In this document: positions 9,296-18,530 of the stretch, one piece after another
How positions within the stretch are numbered: the first letter of the stretch is position 1
Layout of the letters: every line of letters begins with the position of its first letter
Assembly: GCA_034723315.1 (NCBI GenBank)
Contig: JAYEOV010000017.1
Span: forward strand, 6,612-70,611
Reading direction: 5' to 3'
Length of the DNA stretch: 64,000 nt
DNA from: Candidatus Omnitrophota bacterium
GTDB taxonomy: Bacteria; Omnitrophota; Gorgyraeia; Tantalellales; Tantalellaceae
Notes under the pieces: model-generated
The model's input: only the letters and a program-made list of their open reading frames with translations
The model's database searches: none
What the model was told of the DNA's origin: nothing
Position numbers and translations under genes: made by a program

Positions 9296-10843
9296 ATGTT
9301 GCGTATTTTTAACGTGAAAAAACACTGGAAGAAAATACTGCTTGCCGCTCTGTCCGGTATGCTTTGCTTTCTTGCCTTTCCGCCTTTCGAGTTCGCCCTT
9401 CTCGGGTGGGTATGCGTCATCCCTCTTTTATTCGCGATAAGAGGGAGCGGCCCCAGACGGGCTTTCTGGTACGCGTATCTGTCCGGCCTGGTATTTTTCG
9501 GATGTCTTCTGTCCTGGCTTGTGAACGTGACAGTCCCGGGGACGATCATACTCGTGCTGATCCTTTCGGCCTTTTACGGTCTTTTCGGGCTGGTAACCGG
9601 TATCGCTTTTAAATATTCGATGGACTTTCTGCTCCTGCCTTTTGTATGGGTGGTACTGGAATATATACGCAGTCATATCCTTACGGGTTTCCCCTGGGGG
9701 ATCCTGGGTTATTCACAGTACAGGAACATGAAGCTTATACAGATCGCCGATTTTACCGGGGCTTACGGCGTCTCCTTCGTGCTGACGGTCTTCAACGTCG
9801 CTCTTTTCACTCTGCTGATCAGGTCCAAAAGAAGGGTGCCCTGCATGGTGATCGCCCTGCTTTTCATGCTCATGTCCACCAGTTACGGGATGTACAGGCT
9901 CAACAACCTGAACAGCTGGGGCTATTCGCGCATGAGCGTTGTGCAGGGAAATATCCCACAGCAGATGAAATGGGACTCCCGGTACGCGGAAGAGATAATA
10001 GACGTCTACAGCGGCCTGACCAGGCAGGCGGCCAAGGATTCGCCAGACATGATAATATGGCCCGAGACGGCCTACCCGTACCTTGTCGGGGCGAGCGTTG
10101 ATCCCGCCGAAGAGATCAATTCGCTTGCCGCGGAAACGGGCATCCCGATCCTCGCGGGCATCGTTTCTTCCGGAAGTGCTGGTTACTATAACAGCGCGAT
10201 CCTTTTCACCGGCGGGAAAAAATTAAAAGAAGTATACCGCAAAATTCATCTTGTCCCTTTCGGGGAATACGTGCCGTTTGGCAGGTATTTTGATTTTTTG
10301 CGCGGTCACATAGATAAACCCATAGGCGATTTTGAAAGAGGCGATGAATACACTCTCTTTAAGGTCAAGTCCATGCAGTTCTCGGGGCAGAAAGGTGACG
10401 GTTCCGTTATGCGCCGTATGAACTTTTATAAGTTCGGCGTCCTGATATGCTTTGAGGACATATTCCCTTATCTGGCGAGGACCTTCGTTCGGGAAGGGGC
10501 CGGTTTCCTTGTGAATATCACCAACGACGCCTGGTTCGGGGAAACGGGAGCGCCCGCGCAGCATCTGCAGGCGTCGGTTTTCCGGGCGGTGGAGAACAGG
10601 GTGCCCGTCGTGCGTGCGGCCAATACGGGGATATCATGTTTTGTGGATTTCACGGGCGAGATCGTATCGATTCTGGAAGAGGAAGGGAAAAGTATCTTTG
10701 TCAGAGGCTACGACACAGCCGCCGTGAATATGTGCGCGAGGCGCACTTATTACACGCACTACGGCGATATTTTCGTCTATTTCTGCGGGTTCATCATCGT
10801 GCTCCTGGTAGTAATGGAGGCCTTTCTAGCGCGCAGAAAATAA
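9296..10843 (+). CDS. lnt: Apolipoprotein N-acyltransferase Lnt
   Basis: N-terminal polytopic membrane domain plus a CN-hydrolase domain (WPETAYPY; catalytic Cys in GVLICFED). Its 515 aa length is typical for Lnt. Confidence 0.85.
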   Translation: MLRIFNVKKHWKKILLAALSGMLCFLAFPPFEFALLGWVCVIPLLFAIRGSGPRRAFWYAYLSGLVFFGCLLSWLVNVTVPGTIILVLILSAFYGLFGLVTGIAFKYSMDFLLLPFVWVVLEYIRSHILTGFPWGILGYSQYRNMKLIQIADFTGAYGVSFVLTVFNVALFTLLIRSKRRVPCMVIALLFMLMSTSYGMYRLNNLNSWGYSRMSVVQGNIPQQMKWDSRYAEEIIDVYSGLTRQAAKDSPDMIIWPETAYPYLVGASVDPAEEINSLAAETGIPILAGIVSSGSAGYYNSAILFTGGKKLKEVYRKIHLVPFGEYVPFGRYFDFLRGHIDKPIGDFERGDEYTLFKVKSMQFSGQKGDGSVMRRMNFYKFGVLICFEDIFPYLARTFVREGAGFLVNITNDAWFGETGAPAQHLQASVFRAVENRVPVVRAANTGISCFVDFTGEIVSILEEEGKSIFVRGYDTAAVNMCARRTYYTHYGDIFVYFCGFIIVLLVVMEAFLARRK

Positions 10844-10896
10844 GGGGACAGCGCCCCTATTTCTTCAATAAATAGGGGCGCTGTCCCCTTATTTTG
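10842..10896 (+). terminator. Intrinsic terminator built from two inverted copies of the GGGGACAGCGCCCCTATTT unit (21-bp arms, loop CTTCAAT, then TTATTTT)
   Basis: aaggggacagcgcccctattt cttcaat aaataggggcgctgtcccctt atttt, immediately after the lnt stop. Confidence 0.75.
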
Positions 10897-10965
10897 GATA
10901 CGCTCTTGATAATATATAAAAATTCTCTTGATTTATCACAAAGATTATCCTAAAATATACGTATC

Positions 10966-11577
10966 ATGACCGTGAAAGAGCTTCTGCAAAAGTGTGTTGA
11001 CAGGGACCGGGACGCCTGGGATGAGTTCGTCAGGCGCTACAGGAGCGTTGTGGCCAGAAGCGTCCAATACAAGCTCAAGAACATGAACGCCTCTATGAAG
11101 AGGGGCGAATATCTCGACATCGTCCAGGAGATATTCCTTCTTATATGGGAGAAGGGAAGGCTTTCGAAGGTAAAGAACGCGAATTGTATCAGGGGCTGGC
11201 TCGCGATAGTCTCCATGAACGTGACGTCCAACTACTGCAGGAAACAGATACTGGAGTCCGGGGGCCGTCTGTTCTCACTTGACGGGAATCCCCTTTTAGA
11301 AGAGCAGGGGGCGATAATGAGAGACGTTTTACCCTCCGGGAGACTCGACACCAAAAAGATGCTGGAGTCGGGTGAGCTGAAAAGCGCCATTGACAGGGAG
11401 ATCGCGAAACTGGGCACGAAGCAGCGGCTTGCCCTGAAGTTCAACATATATGACGGGAAGAGCCAGAAGGACATCGCGGAGATAATGAATATCCCCGGAG
11501 GTACCGTCGCGACGCTTATCAAAAGGGCCAAAGAGCGTCTCCGGCACAGGCTGCGGGACATAAGGAAAATTATTTGA
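10966..11577 (+). CDS. ECF-type RNA polymerase sigma factor (sigma-70 regions 2 and 4)
   Basis: 203 aa with region 2 (DAWDEFVRRYRSVVARSV; IFLLIWEK) and a region 4 HTH (KQRLALKFNIYDGKSQKDIAEIMNIPGGTVATLIKRAKERLR). No adjacent anti-sigma gene is visible. Confidence 0.8.
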   Translation: MTVKELLQKCVDRDRDAWDEFVRRYRSVVARSVQYKLKNMNASMKRGEYLDIVQEIFLLIWEKGRLSKVKNANCIRGWLAIVSMNVTSNYCRKQILESGGRLFSLDGNPLLEEQGAIMRDVLPSGRLDTKKMLESGELKSAIDREIAKLGTKQRLALKFNIYDGKSQKDIAEIMNIPGGTVATLIKRAKERLRHRLRDIRKII

Positions 11578-11643
11578 TCTTTTTTGAAAGAAAAAGGCTA
11601 AAAATATTGTCTATAATAGTGTAGGGTAGTGTCAAAAATAATA

Positions 11644-11730
11644 TGAAAGAAAGGGCAAGTATTTCCCCCCTTTGAAAGAAAGGGCAAGTATTTCCCCCTT
11701 TGAAAGAAAGGGCAAGTATTTCCCCCCTTT
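11644..11730 (+). repeat. Three tandem direct repeats of a 28-29 bp unit TGAAAGAAAGGGCAAGTATTTCCCCC(C)T
   Basis: Read directly at about 11644, 11673 and 11702. The last copy merges into the left 28-bp inverted repeat at 11727. Confidence 0.85.
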
Positions 11731-12156
11731 GAAAAAGGGGGTTAGGGGGATTTTCTTTTTAGGATGTTAAAATACAACGTGAATTTAAAACACAAAGCTC
11801 GTCGATTACGCAGGGAAATGACAGATAGTGAGCGAGCGTTATGGACGAGGTTACGGGGAAAACAAATTTTAGATATTCAATTTTATCGGCAGAAGCCCAT
11901 TGGGGGCTATATTGTAGATTTTTATGCATCCCAGGCAAGGATTGTAGTAGAAGTGGATGGGGCACAGCATATGGAAACAGATCAGGAACAAAAAGATGCA
12001 CAACGAGATATATACTTGAAGAACGAGGGATTATATGTATTGCGTTTTAACAATCTACAAGTTTTGCAAGAGCTGGATTCTGTTATGGAAGTGATTTATC
12101 AAGCAGTAAAAGAAAGATTAGAAACTAAAAAATCCCCCTAACCCCCTTTTTCAAAG
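11727..12156. mobile_element. DUF559 endonuclease-like ORF bracketed by perfect 28-bp inverted repeats (CTTTGAAAAAGGGGGTTAGGGGGATTTT at 11727-11754; reverse complement at 12129-12156); candidate small selfish cassette
   Basis: Both arms read directly and are identical. The right arm overlaps the last 4 codons and the stop of the ORF. The interior is AT-rich compared with the flanking genes. Confidence 0.5.
11764..12141 (+). CDS. DUF559 (Vsr/restriction-endonuclease-like fold) domain protein
   Basis: 125 aa. ERALWTRLRGKQILDIQFYRQKPIGGYIVDFYASQARIVVEVDGAQH...VLRFNN matches the DUF559 pattern (ExxLWxxLR...FRRQxPIGxYIxDFxCxxxxLvIELDGxxH...vlRF). Confidence 0.7.
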   Translation: MLKYNVNLKHKARRLRREMTDSERALWTRLRGKQILDIQFYRQKPIGGYIVDFYASQARIVVEVDGAQHMETDQEQKDAQRDIYLKNEGLYVLRFNNLQVLQELDSVMEVIYQAVKERLETKKSP

Positions 12157-12315
12157 GGGGGAGGGGAGTAAGTATAACGCATTCATTTAAATAGAGGGCC
12201 TCTGGGAAACCGTGCAAGCCTAATAGGCTATTAAGAAGGTTCCCTGCCAGGAAAGCGGGAATCCACTGTTGGCGGTTAGCAGTGATACGCGATACGGAAC
12301 ACGCGATACGAAAAA

Positions 12316-14967
12316 ATGGACCTCATAGTCACCCATAAGAACTCGGATTTTGACGCTTTGAGCTCACTTGTAGCCGCAAGCAAGCTTTATCCCAGGGCCA
12401 GGCTGCTGCTTCCCGGGTCCCAGGAAAGGTCTGTGCGCAGTTTTCTCTCGCTTATAAAGGATAAGGTTAAGATAGAGAGCGAGAAGACCTGTCGCATGGA
12501 TGACGTTACTCGCCTTGTGATCGTGGACAACCGCCACAGGTCGCGTATCGGGATCGCGGCAAAACTCCTGGATAAACAAGGCGTCAAAGTGCATGTGTAC
12601 GATCATCATCCCAGGACAAGGTTCGACATAAAAGCCGATAAGGACGTGTTCAAAGAGGTCGGGGCGACCGTTTCCATCCTGCTGGAGATACTGGCAAGGA
12701 AGAGAAAACTGTCTTTGAGCCCTCTGGAAGCCACGTTGATGCTTCTGGGGATATACGAAGAAACGGGATCCCTTTCTTACTCGACGACGACCAGGCTTGA
12801 AGTGGACATGGTCAGCAGTCTCCTGGAGATGGGGGCGAACCTGAACGCCGTCTCATCCTACCTGAACAGAGAACTCACCGGCACGGAACTCTCGACGCTG
12901 ATAGAACTGCTGGAATCGATAGAGATCGCGGACATAAACGGCATAAATGTGGCTTTCGCGCACGTGGACGCGGACCGTCTGGACGGTGAAATGGGGACTG
13001 TTGTCCACAAACTGCAGGAGGTGGAGAATTATCCCGTCCTTTTCGCGATGTTCCGATCCCACGGAAGGATAAAGATCCTTGCGAGGAGCCGTGTCAATAT
13101 CATAGATGTGAACAAGCTTCTCGCGCACTTTAACGGGGCCGGTCATTCCAGCGCGGCAAGCGCCCGAATAGAAGACAGTTCCCTGAGTGAGGTGAAGGAG
13201 GATATCCTGCGCATAATAGGCAGGATGACCGAACCGGAAGTTTATGCCCGGGATATAATGACATTTCCCGTAAAGACGGTCTCACAGGAAGAAAAGGTTG
13301 ACGATGTCCTTGAGAAACTTGACCGTTTCGGGCATAAAGGGGCCCCGGTGCTCAATGAGAACGCTGAACTGACGGGCATGATAACTCTTGGAGACCTGAA
13401 AAAAGCGCTGAAACACGGGATGGGGCACTCCAGGATCAAAGGATACATGTCAACACCTTTAATAACCGTTACTCCCGGAGTTCCGCTGTATGAGCTCAGA
13501 AAGATACTGCTGGAGAAGGATAAGGGGCGCATACCTGTGATCAAGGACAACAATCTGGTCGGGATAGTGACGAGAAATGACGTTTTGAAGAAGATACACG
13601 GCGCGTTTTTCCCGGAGAAACCGGGGGAGGAGATCGCCGTGTCGAACATGTCCGAGGAGATGAGCAAAGTGCTCCCCGGGAAGCTCATGAAGCTGATAAG
13701 GCTTATCGGCGCGGAAGGGGACTCGCGCGGGATGAATGTGTTCCTGGTCGGCGGTTTTGTGCGCGACCTCCTGCTCGGGAAAGAGAATTATGACCTTGAT
13801 ATGGTCGTCGAAGGGAACGCCATAAAGTTCGGAAGGGTCCTTGCCGAAAAGATAGGCGGGTCTCTGGTCGTCCATCGCAAGTTCGGGACGTCCACGCTGG
13901 TAAAGGAGTGGCCGAAATGGCTGGGGCCGTCCCTTCATCCCGACAACAAGTTCAAGATAGACATTGCCACCGCCAGAAAAGAGGTTTACGAAAGACCCGC
14001 GGCCTTGCCCACGGTAGAATTCAGTTCCTTAAGGGACGATGTTTACCGCCGGGATTTCACGATAAACGCCATGGCCGTTAACATCAATAAAAAGAATTTT
14101 GGCCTGTTCCTGGATTTTTTCGGGGGTATGAACGATCTGCGAAGAGGGGTCATAAGGGTGCTGCATGACAAGAGCTTTATTGACGATCCTACCCGGATCT
14201 TCCGGGCGGTGAGGTTCGAGCAGAGGTTCGGTTTTTCGATCGAGACGCATACCGAATACCTGATCACTCACGCGGTAAAACGGGAAATGTTCCGCAGGAC
14301 CGAGAACCAGAGGATAAGGGATGAGTTGATACTGATATTGAAGGAAAAGGATCCCGAAAAGGCCGTTTTCAGGATGAGGGAACTACACGAGCTTCGATTC
14401 ATTCATCCTGAACTGGTGCTGAAAAGGACCATCGGAAAGACCTTCAGCGATATGAGAAGACGCGTCAAATGGTATGAGGCTAAAGCCGCGGGAAAGCGCC
14501 AGCTTGACATCTGGCTCATGAACCTTATGGTCATACTGGACAAGCTCACAGCGGAGCAGACAGAGGAAGTCCTTAGAAAGTTCGTGTTTACCAGAAGCGT
14601 AAGCATAAGGCTGCGGTCTTTCAAGAAAGAGGCGGATAAAGCCATAAAAAAACTTTCTTCCGGGAAAAGGATGATGCCGAGCCGGATCTATAGCCTCCTG
14701 GAGCCGTTTTCGCACGAAGTCACGCTCTGCGCTATGGCTAAGACAAAGTCCGAGGTGGCCAGAAGGCGCATCAGAAGGTTTTTTACCGAATATAACGGAA
14801 CGACACTGCTCGTCAAGGGGGAAGACATCAAAAGGGAAGGTGTAAAACCCGGCCCGAAGTACAAAAAGATACTGCGGCGGATCCTTTACAAAAAACTGGA
14901 CGGGAAACTCCTGTCGAGGAAAGATGAGATCGGGTACATGCGGGAGGTGATCGGTAAGGGGAAATAA
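12316..14967 (+). CDS. Multidomain DHH/DHHA1 phosphoesterase - tandem CBS - poly(A) polymerase/CCA-adding nucleotidyltransferase-family fusion protein
   Basis: 883 aa. N-terminal DHH (VYDHHP) and DHHA1 regions, two CBS domains (DIMTFPVKTV...; YMSTPLITV...), then a PolyA_pol head domain (FLVGGFVRDLLLGKENYDLDMVVEG; RRDFTINAMAV) and a C-terminal tRNA-NT tail. Confidence 0.75.
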   Translation: MDLIVTHKNSDFDALSSLVAASKLYPRARLLLPGSQERSVRSFLSLIKDKVKIESEKTCRMDDVTRLVIVDNRHRSRIGIAAKLLDKQGVKVHVYDHHPRTRFDIKADKDVFKEVGATVSILLEILARKRKLSLSPLEATLMLLGIYEETGSLSYSTTTRLEVDMVSSLLEMGANLNAVSSYLNRELTGTELSTLIELLESIEIADINGINVAFAHVDADRLDGEMGTVVHKLQEVENYPVLFAMFRSHGRIKILARSRVNIIDVNKLLAHFNGAGHSSAASARIEDSSLSEVKEDILRIIGRMTEPEVYARDIMTFPVKTVSQEEKVDDVLEKLDRFGHKGAPVLNENAELTGMITLGDLKKALKHGMGHSRIKGYMSTPLITVTPGVPLYELRKILLEKDKGRIPVIKDNNLVGIVTRNDVLKKIHGAFFPEKPGEEIAVSNMSEEMSKVLPGKLMKLIRLIGAEGDSRGMNVFLVGGFVRDLLLGKENYDLDMVVEGNAIKFGRVLAEKIGGSLVVHRKFGTSTLVKEWPKWLGPSLHPDNKFKIDIATARKEVYERPAALPTVEFSSLRDDVYRRDFTINAMAVNINKKNFGLFLDFFGGMNDLRRGVIRVLHDKSFIDDPTRIFRAVRFEQRFGFSIETHTEYLITHAVKREMFRRTENQRIRDELILILKEKDPEKAVFRMRELHELRFIHPELVLKRTIGKTFSDMRRRVKWYEAKAAGKRQLDIWLMNLMVILDKLTAEQTEEVLRKFVFTRSVSIRLRSFKKEADKAIKKLSSGKRMMPSRIYSLLEPFSHEVTLCAMAKTKSEVARRRIRRFFTEYNGTTLLVKGEDIKREGVKPGPKYKKILRRILYKKLDGKLLSRKDEIGYMREVIGKGK

Positions 14968-14999
14968 TAAGGGTAAAGGAACGAGGTCTGGTCAAAACG

Positions 15000-15281
15000 G
15001 TGAATGTCGGCATATTGACGATAGATATCCATTTAAGAGAAAGCGGATGCCTTAAGGATAAGCGAAGGGTGCTCAGAAGGCTGAAAGACAGGATGCGGAA
15101 CAATTTTAATGTTTCCGTTGCCGAGATCGGTGACGCTGATAAATGGCAGAAGGCGGTGCTTGCGGTAGCCGTGGTTTCCAAAGGAAAAAAACACGTTTCG
15201 GAATGTCTTGACAAAATAATGAACTTTGTCAGGGAAGACAAAAGGATAACAGTGGTAGATTATTCGGCCGAAGTGCTTTAG
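15000..15281 (+). CDS. DUF503 (YlxP-like) protein
   Basis: 93 aa (GTG start). It resembles the small DUF503 proteins encoded next to rbfA in nusA-infB-rbfA operons. It sits immediately upstream of rbfA here. Confidence 0.55.
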   Translation: MNVGILTIDIHLRESGCLKDKRRVLRRLKDRMRNNFNVSVAEIGDADKWQKAVLAVAVVSKGKKHVSECLDKIMNFVREDKRITVVDYSAEVL

Positions 15282-15390
15282 CGGGATCCCGGACAGGGGA
15301 TCTATGCGCGCCGGAGGCTAAGCGGTATACCACGTTAGGGAAGGGGCGGCCGGTGGAGCACTGCGGGCTTGCCTTCAGGTGGGGGGTGAA

Positions 15391-15780
15391 ATGATCAACA
15401 GGATGGACAGGATAGAGAGAGAACTGAAAAAGGAAATATTGCTGATCCTGCAGGAAGAGATCAACGATCCCCGCATCAGGCATGTAACGATAACGCGGGT
15501 GGAAGTGAACAGGGACCTCAGGATGGCAAAGGTGTTTTTCAGGATATCGGATGACGAAAGCATGAAAAAGGAAGTTATCAAAGGGCTGCGAAGCGCCTGC
15601 AGCTTTATCAGGGGCGAGTTGGCTGACAGGATGACGATGAAATTCATACCCGGAATATCTTTCAGGGAAGACAGAGAGGATGAAAAAAAAGAGGCCATAG
15701 ACGGTATTTTCGAAAGGATAGAAAAAGAACTTCAGAGCGGGGATGCGCGCGACACGGAAAGGACTAATGATGAGCAATGA
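15391..15780 (+). CDS. rbfA: Ribosome-binding factor A
   Basis: RIERELKKEILLILQEEINDPRIRHVTITRVEVNRDLRMAKVFF is classic RbfA. The ATG at 15391 has an AGGTGGGGGG SD upstream. Confidence 0.85.
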   Translation: MINRMDRIERELKKEILLILQEEINDPRIRHVTITRVEVNRDLRMAKVFFRISDDESMKKEVIKGLRSACSFIRGELADRMTMKFIPGISFREDREDEKKEAIDGIFERIEKELQSGDARDTERTNDEQ

Positions 15781-16753
15781 TGGTATGGACAAGGTAATTG
15801 AGGCGTTCGGGACAAGGGACAATTTCTTGATAACGGCCCACGTTAATCCCGAGGGCGACTCTATCGGCAGCCAGCTTGCCGTCTATCGCGTGCTGGAAAA
15901 ACTGGGGAAAAAAGCCGTCATGGTTGACCATGACAAAGTGCCGGACAACCTCAAGTTCCTGCCGGGGTCCGAGCTGGTAGCCGGGGAGATACCCGGCGGA
16001 ATTCCGGTAAATACGGCTATTGTTCTTGATTGTCCTGTCGCCGAGCGCGCGGGAAGCGTTTACAAGAACCTTGAAGAAGCCGCCTTTGTTATTAACATAG
16101 ACCATCATGTAAGCAATGAATTCTTCGGGGACATCAACTGGGTCGAACCTGATTCAAGTTCCGTGGGGGAAATGATATTTAACCTTACGCGAGAACTCGG
16201 TATCGGTATGGATAAAGACATGGCGGCGGCGCTATATGCGGCGATAGTAACGGATACGGGCATGTTCAATTACTCAAACACTTCAAAAGAAACACATCTT
16301 GTGGCGGGGGAGTTAATAGGGAACGGTGCGGACCCCGGGAAGATCCACAGAGAGATATATGAAAAAAAATCAGTTCCTGATATCCGGCTGCTGGGCATGG
16401 CGCTGACCACGTTGTGTGTGGAAGCGGACGGCCGGCTGGCGCACATGAGCCTTACCAGACAGATGTACAGGGAGGAAGGGGTCGAACGTGTTTCCACGGA
16501 CGAATTCATTAATTTCCCCCGCTCCATAAAAGGCGTTGAAGTGGCCGTATTCTTCAAGGAGATAGATGACGCCTTGAAAAAGATAAATGTGAGCTTCCGG
16601 TCTTCGGGGACTATAGACGTGAATAAAATAGCGTCTCGTTTCGGAGGAGGCGGGCACCCGCAGGCCGCGGGCTGTCTGTTCGAAGGCAGTCTCGAGGGAG
16701 CGCGGGTTCAGGTGCTCGCGGAGGTAAAGAAGGCGTTGGGATATGGCATTTAA
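15767..16753 (+). CDS. nrnA: DHH-family phosphoesterase NrnA (oligoribonuclease / pAp phosphatase)
   Basis: GDSIGSQLA and the DHH motif (INIDHHVSNEFFGD), with DHHA1 GGGH at the C-terminus. It has the conserved position after rbfA. The start is ambiguous between 15743 and 15767. Confidence 0.8.
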   Translation: MMSNDGMDKVIEAFGTRDNFLITAHVNPEGDSIGSQLAVYRVLEKLGKKAVMVDHDKVPDNLKFLPGSELVAGEIPGGIPVNTAIVLDCPVAERAGSVYKNLEEAAFVINIDHHVSNEFFGDINWVEPDSSSVGEMIFNLTRELGIGMDKDMAAALYAAIVTDTGMFNYSNTSKETHLVAGELIGNGADPGKIHREIYEKKSVPDIRLLGMALTTLCVEADGRLAHMSLTRQMYREEGVERVSTDEFINFPRSIKGVEVAVFFKEIDDALKKINVSFRSSGTIDVNKIASRFGGGGHPQAAGCLFEGSLEGARVQVLAEVKKALGYGI

Positions 16754-17444
16754 AGACAGGGAAGACCCGTTCGTTGGGATACTGGTCGTGAATAAGGAAA
16801 AAGGCATGACCAGCCACGATGTCGTCCAGCTCGTGCGCAGGAGGTTCGTCATAAAAAAGGTCGGGCACGCGGGGACGCTGGATCCGAACGCTACAGGCGT
16901 GCTCGTGCTTCTGCTTGGAAAGGCTACAAAACTCTCCGGCAGGTTCCTGAACGAGGATAAGGAATACATGGCCACGATGAAGCTCGGGGACAGGACGGAC
17001 AGCGGGGATAGTGACGGAAAAATGGTAATCAGCCGAGAGATAAGTTCATCCGAAGATGAGATAAAGGAGGCCGTTTCGGGATTCGTCGGGGAGATAAGCC
17101 AGGTCCCACCGATGGTGTCGGCAAAGAGAGTGAACGGTAAAAGATTATACAAGCTTGCGAGAAAAGGCGTGGAAGTAAAGAGGGAACCTAACAAAATAGT
17201 CATTTCAGGTATTGAAATAACGAACATAGACATGCCTTTCGTGCGGTTCCGGGTAGTTTGCAGTAAAGGCACTTATGTCAGGCAGCTGGCGGATGATATC
17301 GGTGAGAAGCTTGGTTGCGGGGCGCATCTTACGGATCTGCAACGGATCAGGTCCGGCTCGTTTACGTTGAAGGAAGCCGTTTCTTATTCAAGTCTGTTGG
17401 ACATGGACAGGAAAAAGCTGAATGAAAACATTTTACGGTTATAG
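16743..17444 (+). CDS. truB: tRNA pseudouridine(55) synthase TruB
   Basis: KEKGMTSHDVVQLVRR...GHAGTLDPNATGVLVLLLGKATKL (catalytic Asp in the GTLDP motif). Confidence 0.9.
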   Translation: MAFKDREDPFVGILVVNKEKGMTSHDVVQLVRRRFVIKKVGHAGTLDPNATGVLVLLLGKATKLSGRFLNEDKEYMATMKLGDRTDSGDSDGKMVISREISSSEDEIKEAVSGFVGEISQVPPMVSAKRVNGKRLYKLARKGVEVKREPNKIVISGIEITNIDMPFVRFRVVCSKGTYVRQLADDIGEKLGCGAHLTDLQRIRSGSFTLKEAVSYSSLLDMDRKKLNENILRL

Positions 17445-18396
17445 GAACCTGGATAAAAAACTGAGGGATCCGGTCGTTGCCATAGGAATATTTGACGGTA
17501 TTCATCTCGGCCATAAGCGTGTCATAAAAAAGGTCCTGAACGAACGCGGGCAGGGCAGCGATAAGGTGGTGATAACCTTTGACCCGCATCCCCAGACCGT
17601 TTTACGGCCGGACAAAACGTCTCCCCGTATCATGTCGCTTGAACATCGGCTGTTTATTTTTGAGAAGATGGGGATTGACGCGGTGGTGATAATCAGATTT
17701 ACGGATTTTATCGCCGCGATGTCTCCTGAAGATTTCGTCAAGAAGGTCCTCAGGGATGTGGGGGCAAGAAAGGTCTATGTCGGGAGTAATTTTCATTTTG
17801 GAAAAAGAAAGAGCGGAGATGCAAAGACATTGGAGAAAGCGGGTATGGATTGCGGGATAGACGTAAGAACAGTCCATCCCGTAAAAAAAGCAGGCCGGAT
17901 AGTCAGCAGCACATGGCTTCGCCGTCTTATTTCGGCGGGTAAGATCGAAATGGCCGAAGAACTGCTGCGGCGTCCCGTTTCAGTATTTGGCACAATAGTA
18001 GGCGGCGATAAACGTGGCGGGGAGTACGGGTTTCCAACAGCCAACGTTGACCCGCACCAGGAGGTAATACCTCCTCCGGGTGTGTACGCCGTAAAGATAG
18101 ACATAGCCGGGAAACTTTTCGATGGGGTCTTAAACATAGGGTTTAAGCCTACATTTTACGGCAGAAAGTTAAAAAAGAGAAAGGAACCCCATATCGAGGT
18201 CCACATACTGAACTTTGACGGTGACTTATACGGCAGGTATGTGGAAACATTCTTTATCCGCAGGTTGAGACGGGAAAAAAAGTTCAAGAACGCGGAAACC
18301 CTTAAACGGCAGATAGTGAAGGATGTCGGGAAAGCGGAAAAGTTCCTGTCCGGCAATAAGGCATTTCTGAAAATCAAGAGATATAAATACTTGTAA
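17422..18396 (+). CDS. ribF: Bifunctional riboflavin kinase / FMN adenylyltransferase RibF
   Basis: N-terminal FAD synthetase (GIFDGIHLGHKRVI) and C-terminal riboflavin kinase (GFPTANV...; PHIEVHILNFDGDLYG). Confidence 0.9.
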   Translation: MKTFYGYRNLDKKLRDPVVAIGIFDGIHLGHKRVIKKVLNERGQGSDKVVITFDPHPQTVLRPDKTSPRIMSLEHRLFIFEKMGIDAVVIIRFTDFIAAMSPEDFVKKVLRDVGARKVYVGSNFHFGKRKSGDAKTLEKAGMDCGIDVRTVHPVKKAGRIVSSTWLRRLISAGKIEMAEELLRRPVSVFGTIVGGDKRGGEYGFPTANVDPHQEVIPPPGVYAVKIDIAGKLFDGVLNIGFKPTFYGRKLKKRKEPHIEVHILNFDGDLYGRYVETFFIRRLRREKKFKNAETLKRQIVKDVGKAEKFLSGNKAFLKIKRYKYL

Positions 18397-18530
18397 ATTC
18401 AAGCCTTTCATTGTCCGCGCAGACAAGATACATCCCGGTATAGCAAATAATATAATTTACAAATAATATTCCATGTGCTAATATACTATAAAATGTTCTT
18501 AAATTATAAAGCCGAGAGGAGGTGATAGTC

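Noticed and set aside
11644-11730. Possible CRISPR array (three evenly spaced direct repeats)
   Set aside because: The repeats are directly adjacent with no unique spacers between them, and no cas genes are nearby. This is a plain tandem repeat.
16370-17272. 300-aa minus-strand ORF (and similar long antisense ORFs at 6040-6738, 22540-23259, 24779-25537, 46242-47039, 56831-57655, 51641-52255)
   Set aside because: Each lies entirely antisense to a well-supported, conserved + strand gene (truB/nrnA, secA, ftsK, rodZ-like, exbB/exbD, dnaG, MEMO-AMMECR1). High GC suppresses stop codons in the antisense frames. The translations are low-complexity (S/P/R-rich) with no domain signatures.
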